Source: an uncultured Microbacteriaceae bacterium
GTDB taxonomy: Bacteria > Actinomycetota > Actinomycetes > Actinomycetales > Microbacteriaceae
Direction of reading: 5' to 3'
NCBI GenBank assembly: GCA_943914115.1
Contig: CALUAU010000001.1
Location: 1-39,197, forward strand
Length of the DNA stretch: 39,197 bases
The position numbers and the translations under genes are program-made. This document shows, in pieces, positions 1 to 8,889 of the stretch. Numbering within the stretch: the stretch's first letter is position 1; each line of letters starts with the position of its first letter. Under the pieces are notes generated by a model. It made no database searches and had not been told where the DNA came from. It worked only from the letters and a program-made list of their open reading frames with translations.

Positions 1-2084
1 GCGACAAGCACCGGGGTGGTCATCGGCTGCATACCGGTTGCGGCGAGTTCGGTTGCGTCACTCGACGACAAGTCGTGGGCTTCAGCCACGCTCTCGTTCG
101 GGATCACCGACAGCTGTCGCGGTGCCTGCTCAGCCAGTGCGGCTTCGCCCGATGGTTCAACTCGGCCGCCCGACTGAGCCTCGCCCGGCTGGGCTTGCTC
201 GTTCGACTGCTGTGCCTCGTTGTTTGGCTGAGCCTCGCCGTTCGAGCTGGACTCACCACTCGGCTTAGCGGGTAACGCCGGTTCGACTGCCCCGTCGGGC
301 TGCAAGGCTTCTGCCGGGGTGTCGTCAGCCTGCGCCGACTCGGCAGGTTGGGCCTTCCCCGACGGCGATTGCTCGGGTTGACGTTCTTCTACCGAGGCCG
401 ACTCGCTCGCGCTCTCGTTTGGCGAGCTTGCGGAGGCCTGCACCGACGCCGTGTCGTTCGAGCCGTCGTTTGCCGCGGTGTCGTCGCTGGCACTGCGCGG
501 AATGATCGAGAGGGTCTGCTGGCTGGCACTCGACCTCTGCTGCGAGGATCGCTTCGGCGCCGCCTTATCGGCTGAACGGGTAGTTGATGAAGACTTACCC
601 GAGGCGCTGCTTGCCGAGCTCGACTTGGCGCTTGAGCTCGAAGACACCGTCACGGTCTTGCAGCCGAGAGCTGTTTCTGGCCCACCCTTAGTGTCAAGAA
701 CACTCAAACACACCTTTCGCTCACCAGGCGCTGCAGCGATGCGGGTCTGAAAGCCCTGATTTACCCCCGCGTAGGGGATCACTCGCTGCACATCAGGCCG
801 AGCCTTACCCGAGTGGAAGACCCACCGCGTACCGTCTACATAGGCTTGAATTTTCACCTTTCCACCGGGCGCATCCGGATCGACGCCCCAGCCGCTGACG
901 GTAACCGAGTTGGTTGATCCAGCGGTCGAGTCGAGATGCCCAACCGGCTTTCTATTGCTCGACTTCACCACGACAGATTTACAGCCAAGCTCAGCCTTAG
1001 CTCCACGGTTGGAATCAAGAACACTGACGCAGACTTTGCGTGTGCCCGGCTTAGCCGCAATCCGCGCTTGGAATCCCTGTTTCGGCCCGGCAGCAGCAAT
1101 CGCTCGGTCAACATCCGCACGTGGTTTACCGGTACGGAAGACCCAGCGAACACCGTCGACTTGCGCCTCAATCTGCACTTGACCGCCCGGTTCATCGGGA
1201 TCAACACCCCAGCCGCTAACGACTACCGAGTCAGCCGCTCCCGAAGCCGAGTCGAAGTGCCCGATCGGTTTTTTATTTGCCGCCCCGGTGGGTGACTCAA
1301 ACCAGTCGGTGTAGAGGCGCCAGAAGTTGCGGTTTCCGTAGCTCGAGCATCCACTACCCGAGCCGTAAAGGTTCGACAGCGCAGCCTGGTTGGGCTGGTA
1401 GGGCGTGTAGATGTACAGCGATGCGGTTGCCTGGTTCTTGATGTAGACGTTAGACGCACCGCAGCTACGGTCGGGGTTGTAGAGGATGCTGTTATTGCGT
1501 CCCGCTACATAGGCATAGTCGCCGCTATTCGCTGCATACTGATTGAACTGCCAGGCTGCCCGGTAGAGCTGGTTGTAGAGGCCTGCGTATTCGGGGTTAC
1601 ACCATCCGGGGCGGCTCGGGTCGTCGGGGCAGTAGTAGCCCATCGCCCGCTCGTAGCGCCATTCACCTGGGTTATCCATGGTGACCAGCGACGTTTCTTT
1701 CTCGAGCATCACGATGAGCACCTTTGGTGAGATTCCGCAGGTCTTACCCACTTTTGAAATGATCTGCGCGGCCGTTTCACCGCGCGCACCCTGGTAGGCG
1801 CCACAGTATTTGTTGGCGGCCTTGCTTACCGTGTCAACGCGTTTGTCTTTGAGGCAGTTGCCCGTGCAGTTTGCGCCACGCTTATTCAAGAAGTCTTGAA
1901 TTTGCGAAACCGTCATCGCGTCGGAGTTATAGAAGTTCTCATCGCTGATGAGATAACCAGGCTGAAAGTTAGCGGCGTCGGCAGCCCGTGCATCCTGATT
2001 GCTCGCCGTCAGAACGATCCCGGTAACCGCAATCAGTGCACCGGCACAGGCAAGCGCAATATGGCGTCGAAAGCGGCGAATCAC
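1..2084 (-). CDS. Large secreted cell-surface protein, 3'-partial: signal peptide, Cys-rich putative cell-wall-acting domain, two tandem beta-rich repeats, Ser/Ala/Glu/Gln/Pro-rich stalk, LAATG sortase-like motif
   Basis: Not in the ORF track because it has no stop inside the window. Hand translation from GTG at 2084 (GTGA overlap with the upstream stop) gives VIRRFRRHIALACAGALIAVTGIVLTASNQDARAADAANFQPGYLISDENFY...LIVMLEKETSL...AMGYYCPD...YTPYQPNQAALSNLYGSGSGCSSYGNRNFWRLYTDWF, open to position 1 and ending ...ELAATGMQPMTTPVLV. Confidence 0.88.
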   Translation of the reverse strand, partial: MIRRFRRHIALACAGALIAVTGIVLTASNQDARAADAANFQPGYLISDENFYNSDAMTVSQIQDFLNKRGANCTGNCLKDKRVDTVSKAANKYCGAYQGARGETAAQIISKVGKTCGISPKVLIVMLEKETSLVTMDNPGEWRYERAMGYYCPDDPSRPGWCNPEYAGLYNQLYRAAWQFNQYAANSGDYAYVAGRNNSILYNPDRSCGASNVYIKNQATASLYIYTPYQPNQAALSNLYGSGSGCSSYGNRNFWRLYTDWFESPTGAANKKPIGHFDSASGAADSVVVSGWGVDPDEPGGQVQIEAQVDGVRWVFRTGKPRADVDRAIAAAGPKQGFQARIAAKPGTRKVCVSVLDSNRGAKAELGCKSVVVKSSNRKPVGHLDSTAGSTNSVTVSGWGVDPDAPGGKVKIQAYVDGTRWVFHSGKARPDVQRVIPYAGVNQGFQTRIAAAPGERKVCLSVLDTKGGPETALGCKTVTVSSSSSAKSSSASSASGKSSSTTRSADKAAPKRSSQQRSSASQQTLSIIPRSASDDTAANDGSNDTASVQASASSPNESASESASVEERQPEQSPSGKAQPAESAQADDTPAEALQPDGAVEPALPAKPSGESSSNGEAQPNNEAQQSNEQAQPGEAQSGGRVEPSGEAALAEQAPRQLSVIPNESVAEAHDLSSSDATELAATGMQPMTTPVLV
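645..1271 (-). repeat. Two tandem ~107-aa intragenic domain repeats (321-bp spacing)
   Basis: KPIGHFDSASGAADSVVVSGWGVDPDEPGG...GFQARIAAKPGTRKVCVSVLD...LGCKSVVV starts at 1271; KPVGHLDSTAGSTNSVTVSGWGVDPDAPGG...GFQTRIAAAPGERKVCLSVLD...LGCKTVTV starts at 950. Confidence 0.9.
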
Positions 2085-2602
2085 TGGCGCACCTCCGCGA
2101 CAACAGCTTCAGAGACGCCATTACCCGCGTCACTTTCAAAGGTCACCTGCACCTTCCAGCCATCACTGTCTACACCCTCAATAACGGCCAGCGGGCACAC
2201 CGTGCTTTGCGCGTCTGGGCGTGCTGCAACCGTGGTTGTGAGTTCGACACCGGCGGGGCTCGTGGCGGTTACCGTGCAGGTGCCCTCGGTGATGAGATTT
2301 GTCACGATCGAACGCACCTCAATGGTGGCGGCAGCCGCGTCATAGTCGGCTGCCACCACAATGACGTTCGCGTCACCGGATGCGGCGTCGCTCGATTCGG
2401 TCGTCGCCGGCGCAGTTGCTGACTCGGTCGCAGCCTCAGTGGTCTGCGTGGCGGTGGGAACAGATGCGGTGGTGGTCGCGGTAGCTTCGCCGCCGCTAAC
2501 CACGCTGGTGCATGCGGCGAGCGACAGCGTCACAGCTCCCAGCCCGAGCACCAACATGCGCAGGCGATTTCCGTTTGCTGACGAACTGGCCTGACTAGTC
2601 AT
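2081..2602 (-). CDS. Putative lipoprotein with Thr/Ala-rich linker and small C-terminal beta domain
   Basis: ATG at 2602 preceded by GGAGG; lipobox LSLAAC; TATTTASVPTATQTTEAATESAT linker; stop overlaps the start of the surface-protein gene. Confidence 0.8.
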   Translation of the reverse strand: MTSQASSSANGNRLRMLVLGLGAVTLSLAACTSVVSGGEATATTTASVPTATQTTEAATESATAPATTESSDAASGDANVIVVAADYDAAAATIEVRSIVTNLITEGTCTVTATSPAGVELTTTVAARPDAQSTVCPLAVIEGVDSDGWKVQVTFESDAGNGVSEAVVAEVRQ

Positions 2603-2654
2603 GATTCCTCCAACACTCAATGTGTCGTCACGGTAAACAACATTTGAAACACTA

Positions 2655-2677
2655 GTCACACTTGTCACATTTGTCAC
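2655..2677. promoter_or_regulatory. Three direct GTCAC(A) repeats at 9-bp period in a divergent promoter region; candidate response-regulator (MtrA-like) site
   Basis: ctaGTCACActtGTCACAtttGTCACgaa with GTCAC at 2655, 2664 and 2673, in AT-rich intergenic DNA. Confidence 0.45.
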
Positions 2678-2808
2678 GAAGTAATTTTCGACACACCGTG
2701 AACAATGACGCAGATTTTGACGCAACAAGCTACTTACACCGTTGTAATTCGACAGCCGAGTGAACGACCCGAGACTTCCACCGATAATCGGATGCGAGAA
2801 TAGACCGC

Positions 2809-4308
2809 ATGACATTCCAGCATCGGAGCCACACAAGCGACCCCTCTCGCAGTGTTGCCACCGATGCTCGGAGGCAGCCCGACCCCTCGCGGGTGTCTCG
2901 AACGATGCTGTTGAGCACCGTCATCATCGGCATCGCTTTCTCTGGTGACGCGCTGCGGTACACCATCGGATGGGTGGGCTATGTCATCGTCGCGCTCGTT
3001 CTGGCTGTCACCCTCGGCATAGCGCTCCGACGCCGACATTCACAGGTGCGCGTTTGGCACCTACCCACCATGCTGATTGCATTCGTCGCATGGTGTGCGC
3101 TCTCAACACTGTGGTCGCAATATCCACTCGAGACAGTGATGGCGTCGGCCGTGCAATTGCTCACGGCCTATTTCGGGCTGGGTCTGGCGCTTTGCCTCAC
3201 TCGGTTTCAATTTTTTCAAGCACTCGGCGCCGCCACCCGCATCCTCACGATCGGTTCACTGCTGTTTGAGCTCGGGGTAAAAATCTTCGCTCCGCACGGC
3301 CTGGTTCCACCGGCCTACCTCTACCTTAATGAGCTGCAATTCTTTCTCGGCCCGGGCACCCCACATGACCTCGCCAGCATCCCCAGCAATTTTTACTGGA
3401 GCCACGCGAATCTCAACATTCTTGCGCAGGGTGACATCCAGGGCCTTCCCGGAAACCGCAACCTATTGGCCATGATCGCAGTGATCGCCTTGATCATGAC
3501 GGTCGTACAGCTCTGGGATCGCTATCTTCCAACCCCCTATGCGATCTGCATGATCGCCATAGCGATATTCGTGCTGGTGCACGCTCACTCAGCCACCGCA
3601 TTCATTGCACTCGCTTTTGTTGGCCTTGGCAGCGTGCTCGTGTTCTTGGGGCGGCGCATTACGCGGCTACTCCGTTGGGCGATGTACTGCACGGTTGGTG
3701 TCTTACTTGTCGCCGGCGCCATTTTTGTCGTTGCCAATAACGATTTCATATTTGCCACGATGAATCGCTCGTCAGACATGTCTGGTCGAGGAGACATCTG
3801 GCGCGCTGTTATCGAACTCGGCGCGCAGTCACCCTTCATCGGTATCGGCTGGATTAGCTACTGGGCACCCTGGCTGCCCCAGTTTGACGACCTCGCCGTA
3901 ATTGAGGGCGCCACCTATTATCAGGCACACAACGCGTTTCTTGATGCCTGGATGCAAACGGGGGCAATCGGCGTCGTCCTATTTGCACTGCTGACGTTCA
4001 CCGCACTCATTCGCACCTGGTGGATTGCAATCGATCCGCCAGACACGCCACTTGTGATGTTTACCGACCACCAGGGCACCCACCAGCATCGAGCCAGCCA
4101 GACCGCAGCGCCATTCCTCATCCTGGTTGCCCTCGTAGTGCAGTCGATGACCGAATCACGACTGCTGGTCGAGGGCCACTGGATGTTCCTATGCTGGGCC
4201 GCGATCTACGCAAAACTTAGGGTGACTAGCCCCTCTTACCTACCGCGCCATCTGCACACGCTGACCGGTAGCACGCGCGTTGTCATCGACAAATCGCGTG
4301 ATACATAG
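2809..4308 (+). CDS. O-antigen ligase/Wzy_C-family polytopic membrane protein
   Basis: Many hydrophobic segments; GNRN motif; SGRGDIW...SPFIGIGW...QAHNAFLDAWMQTGAIG typical of WaaL/Wzy_C. Confidence 0.85.
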   Translation: MTFQHRSHTSDPSRSVATDARRQPDPSRVSRTMLLSTVIIGIAFSGDALRYTIGWVGYVIVALVLAVTLGIALRRRHSQVRVWHLPTMLIAFVAWCALSTLWSQYPLETVMASAVQLLTAYFGLGLALCLTRFQFFQALGAATRILTIGSLLFELGVKIFAPHGLVPPAYLYLNELQFFLGPGTPHDLASIPSNFYWSHANLNILAQGDIQGLPGNRNLLAMIAVIALIMTVVQLWDRYLPTPYAICMIAIAIFVLVHAHSATAFIALAFVGLGSVLVFLGRRITRLLRWAMYCTVGVLLVAGAIFVVANNDFIFATMNRSSDMSGRGDIWRAVIELGAQSPFIGIGWISYWAPWLPQFDDLAVIEGATYYQAHNAFLDAWMQTGAIGVVLFALLTFTALIRTWWIAIDPPDTPLVMFTDHQGTHQHRASQTAAPFLILVALVVQSMTESRLLVEGHWMFLCWAAIYAKLRVTSPSYLPRHLHTLTGSTRVVIDKSRDT

Positions 4309-4309
4309 G

Positions 4310-6115
4310 CTAGCCACGATTAAGCCGGCGACGAATACGACGCCGAAAATGAGCGAAACGGTCAAGCATCTTCGAGGCAAACATAGACCGTTGAGCGATC
4401 CTCAACCGGACGATGCGCTTCAACATCGAGATGGCAGGCCAAGTCTCACCGTTGCCGTACAGTGCAGCAGCCTGATCAACGGCATAGGGCGGCAGGTACT
4501 GGGCAACTTCTGTCTGCTTAAACTCCAAAAACACCGAACTTTTCGCGGCGAGCTCGGTCGACTGAATTGTCTTGACGTAGTATCCCCGACTCATCCCGAT
4601 GTAACTAATGAGCCTTTCAAGCGTGTGTGCGAGAGAACCGTCACGGTATTCGTCACCGTCAGGAAACTCGTCGACGGTGAACGCTGCCTCCAGTAGCGGC
4701 GCCAGCACCTCTCGACGAGCGATGAACATCGACCCGTATGGTGAAAGTGGCGTGGTGGTGTCAAGAGGAACTGTGATGCCCAGACGCGGCGCCAGTTCGA
4801 TCGCGGGGCCAAGGTTCAGCGACCACGCATGACCGAGTGTCGGCAATCCCATATGGATCGTCGGCGGAAACACCATCCCCAGCTGCGATTCCCGCTCAAA
4901 AAGTGTGTAGACGTTCCGCGTGTATTCCGGGTTCGCAAGCAGGTTGTCAAAGAGATGGCGTCGGAACCACGAACTCACGGTCGCGGGGTCTTGCACCGAC
5001 CGCTTCGAGTGCAACTTCACTACGATGTCGATCGACTCGTCACGAAGCACATCTTCACAGTCGAGCACAAACGCAGATATGTCTCGTCCCCGGTTACTCG
5101 TCACGACCCGCACATCATAGTCGTCAAACCGCCCATCGGCACGAACCATGTCATCGAGTTCAGCTCGTTTTTCGGCGGTGTTCGTGGTGATGATAAGTCG
5201 ACGCTTCCCCGGGACATTCGCCGCATAAGCCAGCAGCTCATTAAGCATGTCCACGTAGTAGACATGCATCACAATCGCAGTTCGAAGTTGTGTGTCGTTT
5301 GCTGAGGCACCACAGGAAGGGATGACCTCATGCATCGTGAGATTCGTGTACCAGGTACGAGGCTTAAGAACTTTCAGCAAATGCTGCCAAATGAGTTCCT
5401 CTGGATACCCCTTGGCGACTACCAGGTCATAGGTGTCACGTGGCAGGATGGCCCATCTGTCTGCGGTGAGTGGATCGATAGTGAGCGCATGCCAGGGAAC
5501 AATAGGGAGCCCCTGTTCGATTAGGTCATGTAGCGAGTCTCGAATCAGGTAGACGTCATTCGCTGAGGGACGCTCAAAAACGGTTCCTACATCAAGGCCG
5601 ATGTCGAGCAGCCCGTCACGGAACTCATCTAGTGTCGTGGGCGAGTTTTTGACCACTGACCAGAATCGTTCAAACTCGAGAGTCCGACCAGGAACGGCAA
5701 GCCAGTTCAGCTGGGCTCGCTCACGCCCCTGCGCAAGGTCGGGGCGTGCCAGAGTCCAGGCGTCTAGCGCTGCCGGATCACCCGGCATCGGCAGCTGCTC
5801 ATCGAACAACACGAAGCTGTTGTCGTTAACTAGAAGCACCTCAGCGTACGAGGTGAGCTGTTCGCGACCGACTCGTTTTCGCAACGTAGTCCACACGTTA
5901 GAAATGCTGCGCGACCGCTTTGTGTGCCAAACACTGTCTGCGTGAGCTTCCAAACGCTGTAGCGACAGCGGCTCGAGCCGGAGGCTGTCTTGCACCACTA
6001 CGACAAGCGTTTCGGCATGTTTGCGGTAGACGTCGAGAGCATGAAACACATACTCAGATAGCCGCGCACCGCTTTCATTCAAAACATAGACGACCAGACG
6101 TCCGCTCTCTCTCAT
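4310..6115 (-). CDS. RgpF-family rhamnan synthesis protein (C-terminal domain motifs intact)
   Basis: HVYYVDML, NRGRDI, KLHSKRS, GSMFIAR and DGSLAHTLER motifs. Confidence 0.85.
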   Translation of the reverse strand: MRESGRLVVYVLNESGARLSEYVFHALDVYRKHAETLVVVVQDSLRLEPLSLQRLEAHADSVWHTKRSRSISNVWTTLRKRVGREQLTSYAEVLLVNDNSFVLFDEQLPMPGDPAALDAWTLARPDLAQGRERAQLNWLAVPGRTLEFERFWSVVKNSPTTLDEFRDGLLDIGLDVGTVFERPSANDVYLIRDSLHDLIEQGLPIVPWHALTIDPLTADRWAILPRDTYDLVVAKGYPEELIWQHLLKVLKPRTWYTNLTMHEVIPSCGASANDTQLRTAIVMHVYYVDMLNELLAYAANVPGKRRLIITTNTAEKRAELDDMVRADGRFDDYDVRVVTSNRGRDISAFVLDCEDVLRDESIDIVVKLHSKRSVQDPATVSSWFRRHLFDNLLANPEYTRNVYTLFERESQLGMVFPPTIHMGLPTLGHAWSLNLGPAIELAPRLGITVPLDTTTPLSPYGSMFIARREVLAPLLEAAFTVDEFPDGDEYRDGSLAHTLERLISYIGMSRGYYVKTIQSTELAAKSSVFLEFKQTEVAQYLPPYAVDQAAALYGNGETWPAISMLKRIVRLRIAQRSMFASKMLDRFAHFRRRIRRRLNRG

Positions 6116-7794
6116 CGCCCGACCACCCGCTTGGCCACTTGTCGGAGCGAGTTCAACGAACCTTTCGCAGCATCCTTCGCCGTTCGTTCAAGAGACGCAA
6201 TGCGCGCTGCAGTCTCGGGCGACCGACTTTTCACCCAGCGAGCAACGACCGCGCGCGGCGTGTTCGCGCGAAGTGTGCCTTCAAAAGGCGCCTTCGGACC
6301 GGGACCGAACCGAGAAGCCAGGCGTGAGAACTTCTGCTCGAGCATGGCGTGCGAAACGCGCATCTGGAACGGCGTTGCCGCCTGGGCGGTGATGAACCCA
6401 CTGGTACGCGCAATATCTGCTGCCAGCAGGTCGAGCATTTCTGATAGTGCAGCATCACCCCCTACCGACGCGGCCACAGAGTCCCAGCCTCCGGCAGCAG
6501 CGATTCTCGCCGGTAAATCGGCGAACGCTTCTGCGCGCAGCACCGAAATCCCAAAAACGGGAGTGAGCGGCGCATCCAGCTCCAGAGGGGCACGGATACC
6601 AAGCAGGTCGGCCAGCTCACCGATCTGAAAAACATACTTCCCATACCCATTGCCGAGCACGTCGGTTGACCGATGTTCAACGAGTGGCACCACAAACCCC
6701 AGGTGTTCGTCGCGGTCGATTGCGGCGAGCACCTCGGCTGACTGCCGCAGCGCAACATTCAGCGCGCGCTCGCGAGCGGCACGCATCGTAGCGCTCGCGG
6801 CGTCGGTATCGAAATCGGCCCCAGCACGAAAAACGACGCCACTTTCGCCGAAAACGTCTTGCCCCTCACCGAGCCAAGCCTTCCAGAACTCCCCCTCAAC
6901 CACATTCGCGCCAGCTTGATCATGCGCGGAACTTTCGTTTGAGGGCTCAGGCACCATTAAGTAGGCATCCATCGCTGTCGAGAGCTGCCGCGACGGGGTT
7001 CGTCGATAGATTCCGTCAATGAGCTCTGCACGGGGGTACCCCAGCTCGAGTGCACGCCGGGTCACTTCTGCCGCGGCAACTCCGGTGTGGTCACGGTCGA
7101 CAGCATCGTGAAAATAGATTCGCCGCTTAAACATGGGGCAGCCATCGTCAAGGAGCGCAAGCGGGGCCTCCATCGATGCGTTGAGCGTGCCGTAGCGTTC
7201 GTGACTGTACGCAGCTTCCCAAGTAAATCCACGGTCGGCAAAGTGCTGAGTAAACTCAGTCTCGAACTTGACGATGACGTCGTGGTACGAGTTGGCGTTC
7301 TTGAGCCCCGACCAGTACTCGCGAAACTCTGGCGCCGTGAACATGCGGTTGCGAATCGCAAGCCAGTACGACTGCAGATGTTGCGGCATAGTGCCTACGC
7401 CCAAGATCGGGTGTGGCGTAACTGCAATGTGATCGGTCATACCCCAAAAGTCAACGGGGCTCGCATCCATCCGCTCAAACAGATCGTCAAAGCTCCCCAC
7501 AGGGCCAAAGAAGGTGTAGTTCACCAGCAAGAGTTCGTCGTATTGAGACAGTTCGCTATAACCGATCCGCCCGAGGGCTGCCCGGTAGGCGCCGATGTCG
7601 AAGCCGACGTTCTCGCGTTCCATCACTTCATCGGCCACGCTGTCGAGGCGCTGTCTCGACTCATCATCAAGAAACCCGTTAACAACAACGAAGATCTTTT
7701 CGACATGGGGTCGAAAGCCGCGAAGTGTGTGGAGGACGGCAGTGTCGACGTGCCCTTCGGGGTCGTAATGCAAGAAAACGAGGTGACGGCGCAC
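6112..7794 (-). CDS. RgpF-family rhamnan synthesis protein (N-terminal domain motifs intact)
   Basis: FLHYDPEG, RENVGFDIGAY, NYTFFGP, DFWGMT, HLQSYWL and PMFKRR motifs; 4-bp overlap with the next gene. Confidence 0.85.
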   Translation of the reverse strand: MRRHLVFLHYDPEGHVDTAVLHTLRGFRPHVEKIFVVVNGFLDDESRQRLDSVADEVMERENVGFDIGAYRAALGRIGYSELSQYDELLLVNYTFFGPVGSFDDLFERMDASPVDFWGMTDHIAVTPHPILGVGTMPQHLQSYWLAIRNRMFTAPEFREYWSGLKNANSYHDVIVKFETEFTQHFADRGFTWEAAYSHERYGTLNASMEAPLALLDDGCPMFKRRIYFHDAVDRDHTGVAAAEVTRRALELGYPRAELIDGIYRRTPSRQLSTAMDAYLMVPEPSNESSAHDQAGANVVEGEFWKAWLGEGQDVFGESGVVFRAGADFDTDAASATMRAARERALNVALRQSAEVLAAIDRDEHLGFVVPLVEHRSTDVLGNGYGKYVFQIGELADLLGIRAPLELDAPLTPVFGISVLRAEAFADLPARIAAAGGWDSVAASVGGDAALSEMLDLLAADIARTSGFITAQAATPFQMRVSHAMLEQKFSRLASRFGPGPKAPFEGTLRANTPRAVVARWVKSRSPETAARIASLERTAKDAAKGSLNSLRQVAKRVVGR

Positions 7795-7935
7795 TTAGGA
7801 GCTCCCTGTGTAACTGAACTTGTGTTACCAAGAGCGTACTCGCCAACACCTCCACTCCAGGTTGAAGCTCCAGACGAGTACACTTGCGGCACACGTGACA
7901 TACCACTGTCAGCGGTGTGCCGAGGAAAGAAGTGC

Positions 7936-8889
7936 ATGGAATACATCAACGAGATGAAGCAGGAAGCTGCGCGCAGAGCGCAACGCTTGCAATCGCTCGA
8001 GCTTGAATCACGCGAACCCGTCCACAGCCCCGTAAAGGGGTTCATCGACTCGGTGCGTCAGCTCGTCGAGCGGCGCCAGCTGCTCGGCCTGCTGGTTCGA
8101 CGTGAGCTCGTTGGCCGTTACAAAGACTCTGTCTTTGGTTTCGCTTGGAGCCTCATCCGACCACTGACCCAGCTGCTCATCTATTACCTGGTGATGGGGC
8201 AGTTTCTCGGGGCAGCACGCAGCATCCCCAACTTTGCGATCTATATCTTCACCGGCCTGACACTGTGGGGTTTGTTCAGCGAGATGATCCAGTCGATGAC
8301 CGGGTCGGTCATTGCCAACTCCGGGCTGGTGAAGAAGGTCTATTTGCCCCGAGAGATCTTCCCGATCTCAACCATTGGTTCGGCCCTGTTCAACTTCGGG
8401 ATGCAGATGGTCATTCTGCTGATCGCCGCCGGCATCCTCGGCACCCTCGCCTTCGGCCCGCACTTGCTTTACGCATTGGTTGCGGTGCTCATTATTCTTG
8501 CTTGGGGCACGAGTCTGGGGCTGATCCTGGCCGCTACGAACGTGTATCTACGGGATGTGCAGTACCTCGTTGAGGTGTTGCTGATGCTGCTGATGTGGTT
8601 CAGCCCCATCGTCTATTCATGGCAGATGGTGAATCAGGTCATGATCGACAGCGGCCTTGAAACCGTCAGCACGGTCTACGCCAGCAACCCTGTCACACTC
8701 GCGATTCTCGGCTTCCAGGCTGCCTTTTGGGCGCCCGGGTCGGGGCTCGAGACGCTGTATCCACACGGCTACTTCCCGGAGCAACTCATGACGAAGATGC
8801 TGATCGCGCTAGCGTGCGGCATCGTCAGCATCTGGATCAGCCAACGAATTTTTGCTCGCCTGCAGGGCAACTTCGCGCAGGAGCTCTAA
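7936..8889 (+). CDS. wzm: Polysaccharide ABC transporter permease (Wzm/RgpC/TagG type)
   Basis: LVRRELVGRYKDSVFGFAWSLIRPL, LVKKVYLPREIFP and NVYLRDVQYL motifs; start placed at ATG 7936 after GAGGAAAG (the ORF-track start at 7087 overlaps the opposite-strand gene). Confidence 0.92.
   Translation: MEYINEMKQEAARRAQRLQSLELESREPVHSPVKGFIDSVRQLVERRQLLGLLVRRELVGRYKDSVFGFAWSLIRPLTQLLIYYLVMGQFLGAARSIPNFAIYIFTGLTLWGLFSEMIQSMTGSVIANSGLVKKVYLPREIFPISTIGSALFNFGMQMVILLIAAGILGTLAFGPHLLYALVAVLIILAWGTSLGLILAATNVYLRDVQYLVEVLLMLLMWFSPIVYSWQMVNQVMIDSGLETVSTVYASNPVTLAILGFQAAFWAPGSGLETLYPHGYFPEQLMTKMLIALACGIVSIWISQRIFARLQGNFAQEL

Noticed and set aside
7889..7920. Imperfect hairpin GCACAC-TGACA...TGTCA-GTGTGC just before the wzm RBS
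   Set aside because: Short and bulged; not distinguishable from chance without conservation data.
7087..7935. N-terminal extension of the 600-aa wzm ORF in the track
   Set aside because: It is antisense to the RgpF gene; Wzm similarity and an RBS begin only near ATG 7936.
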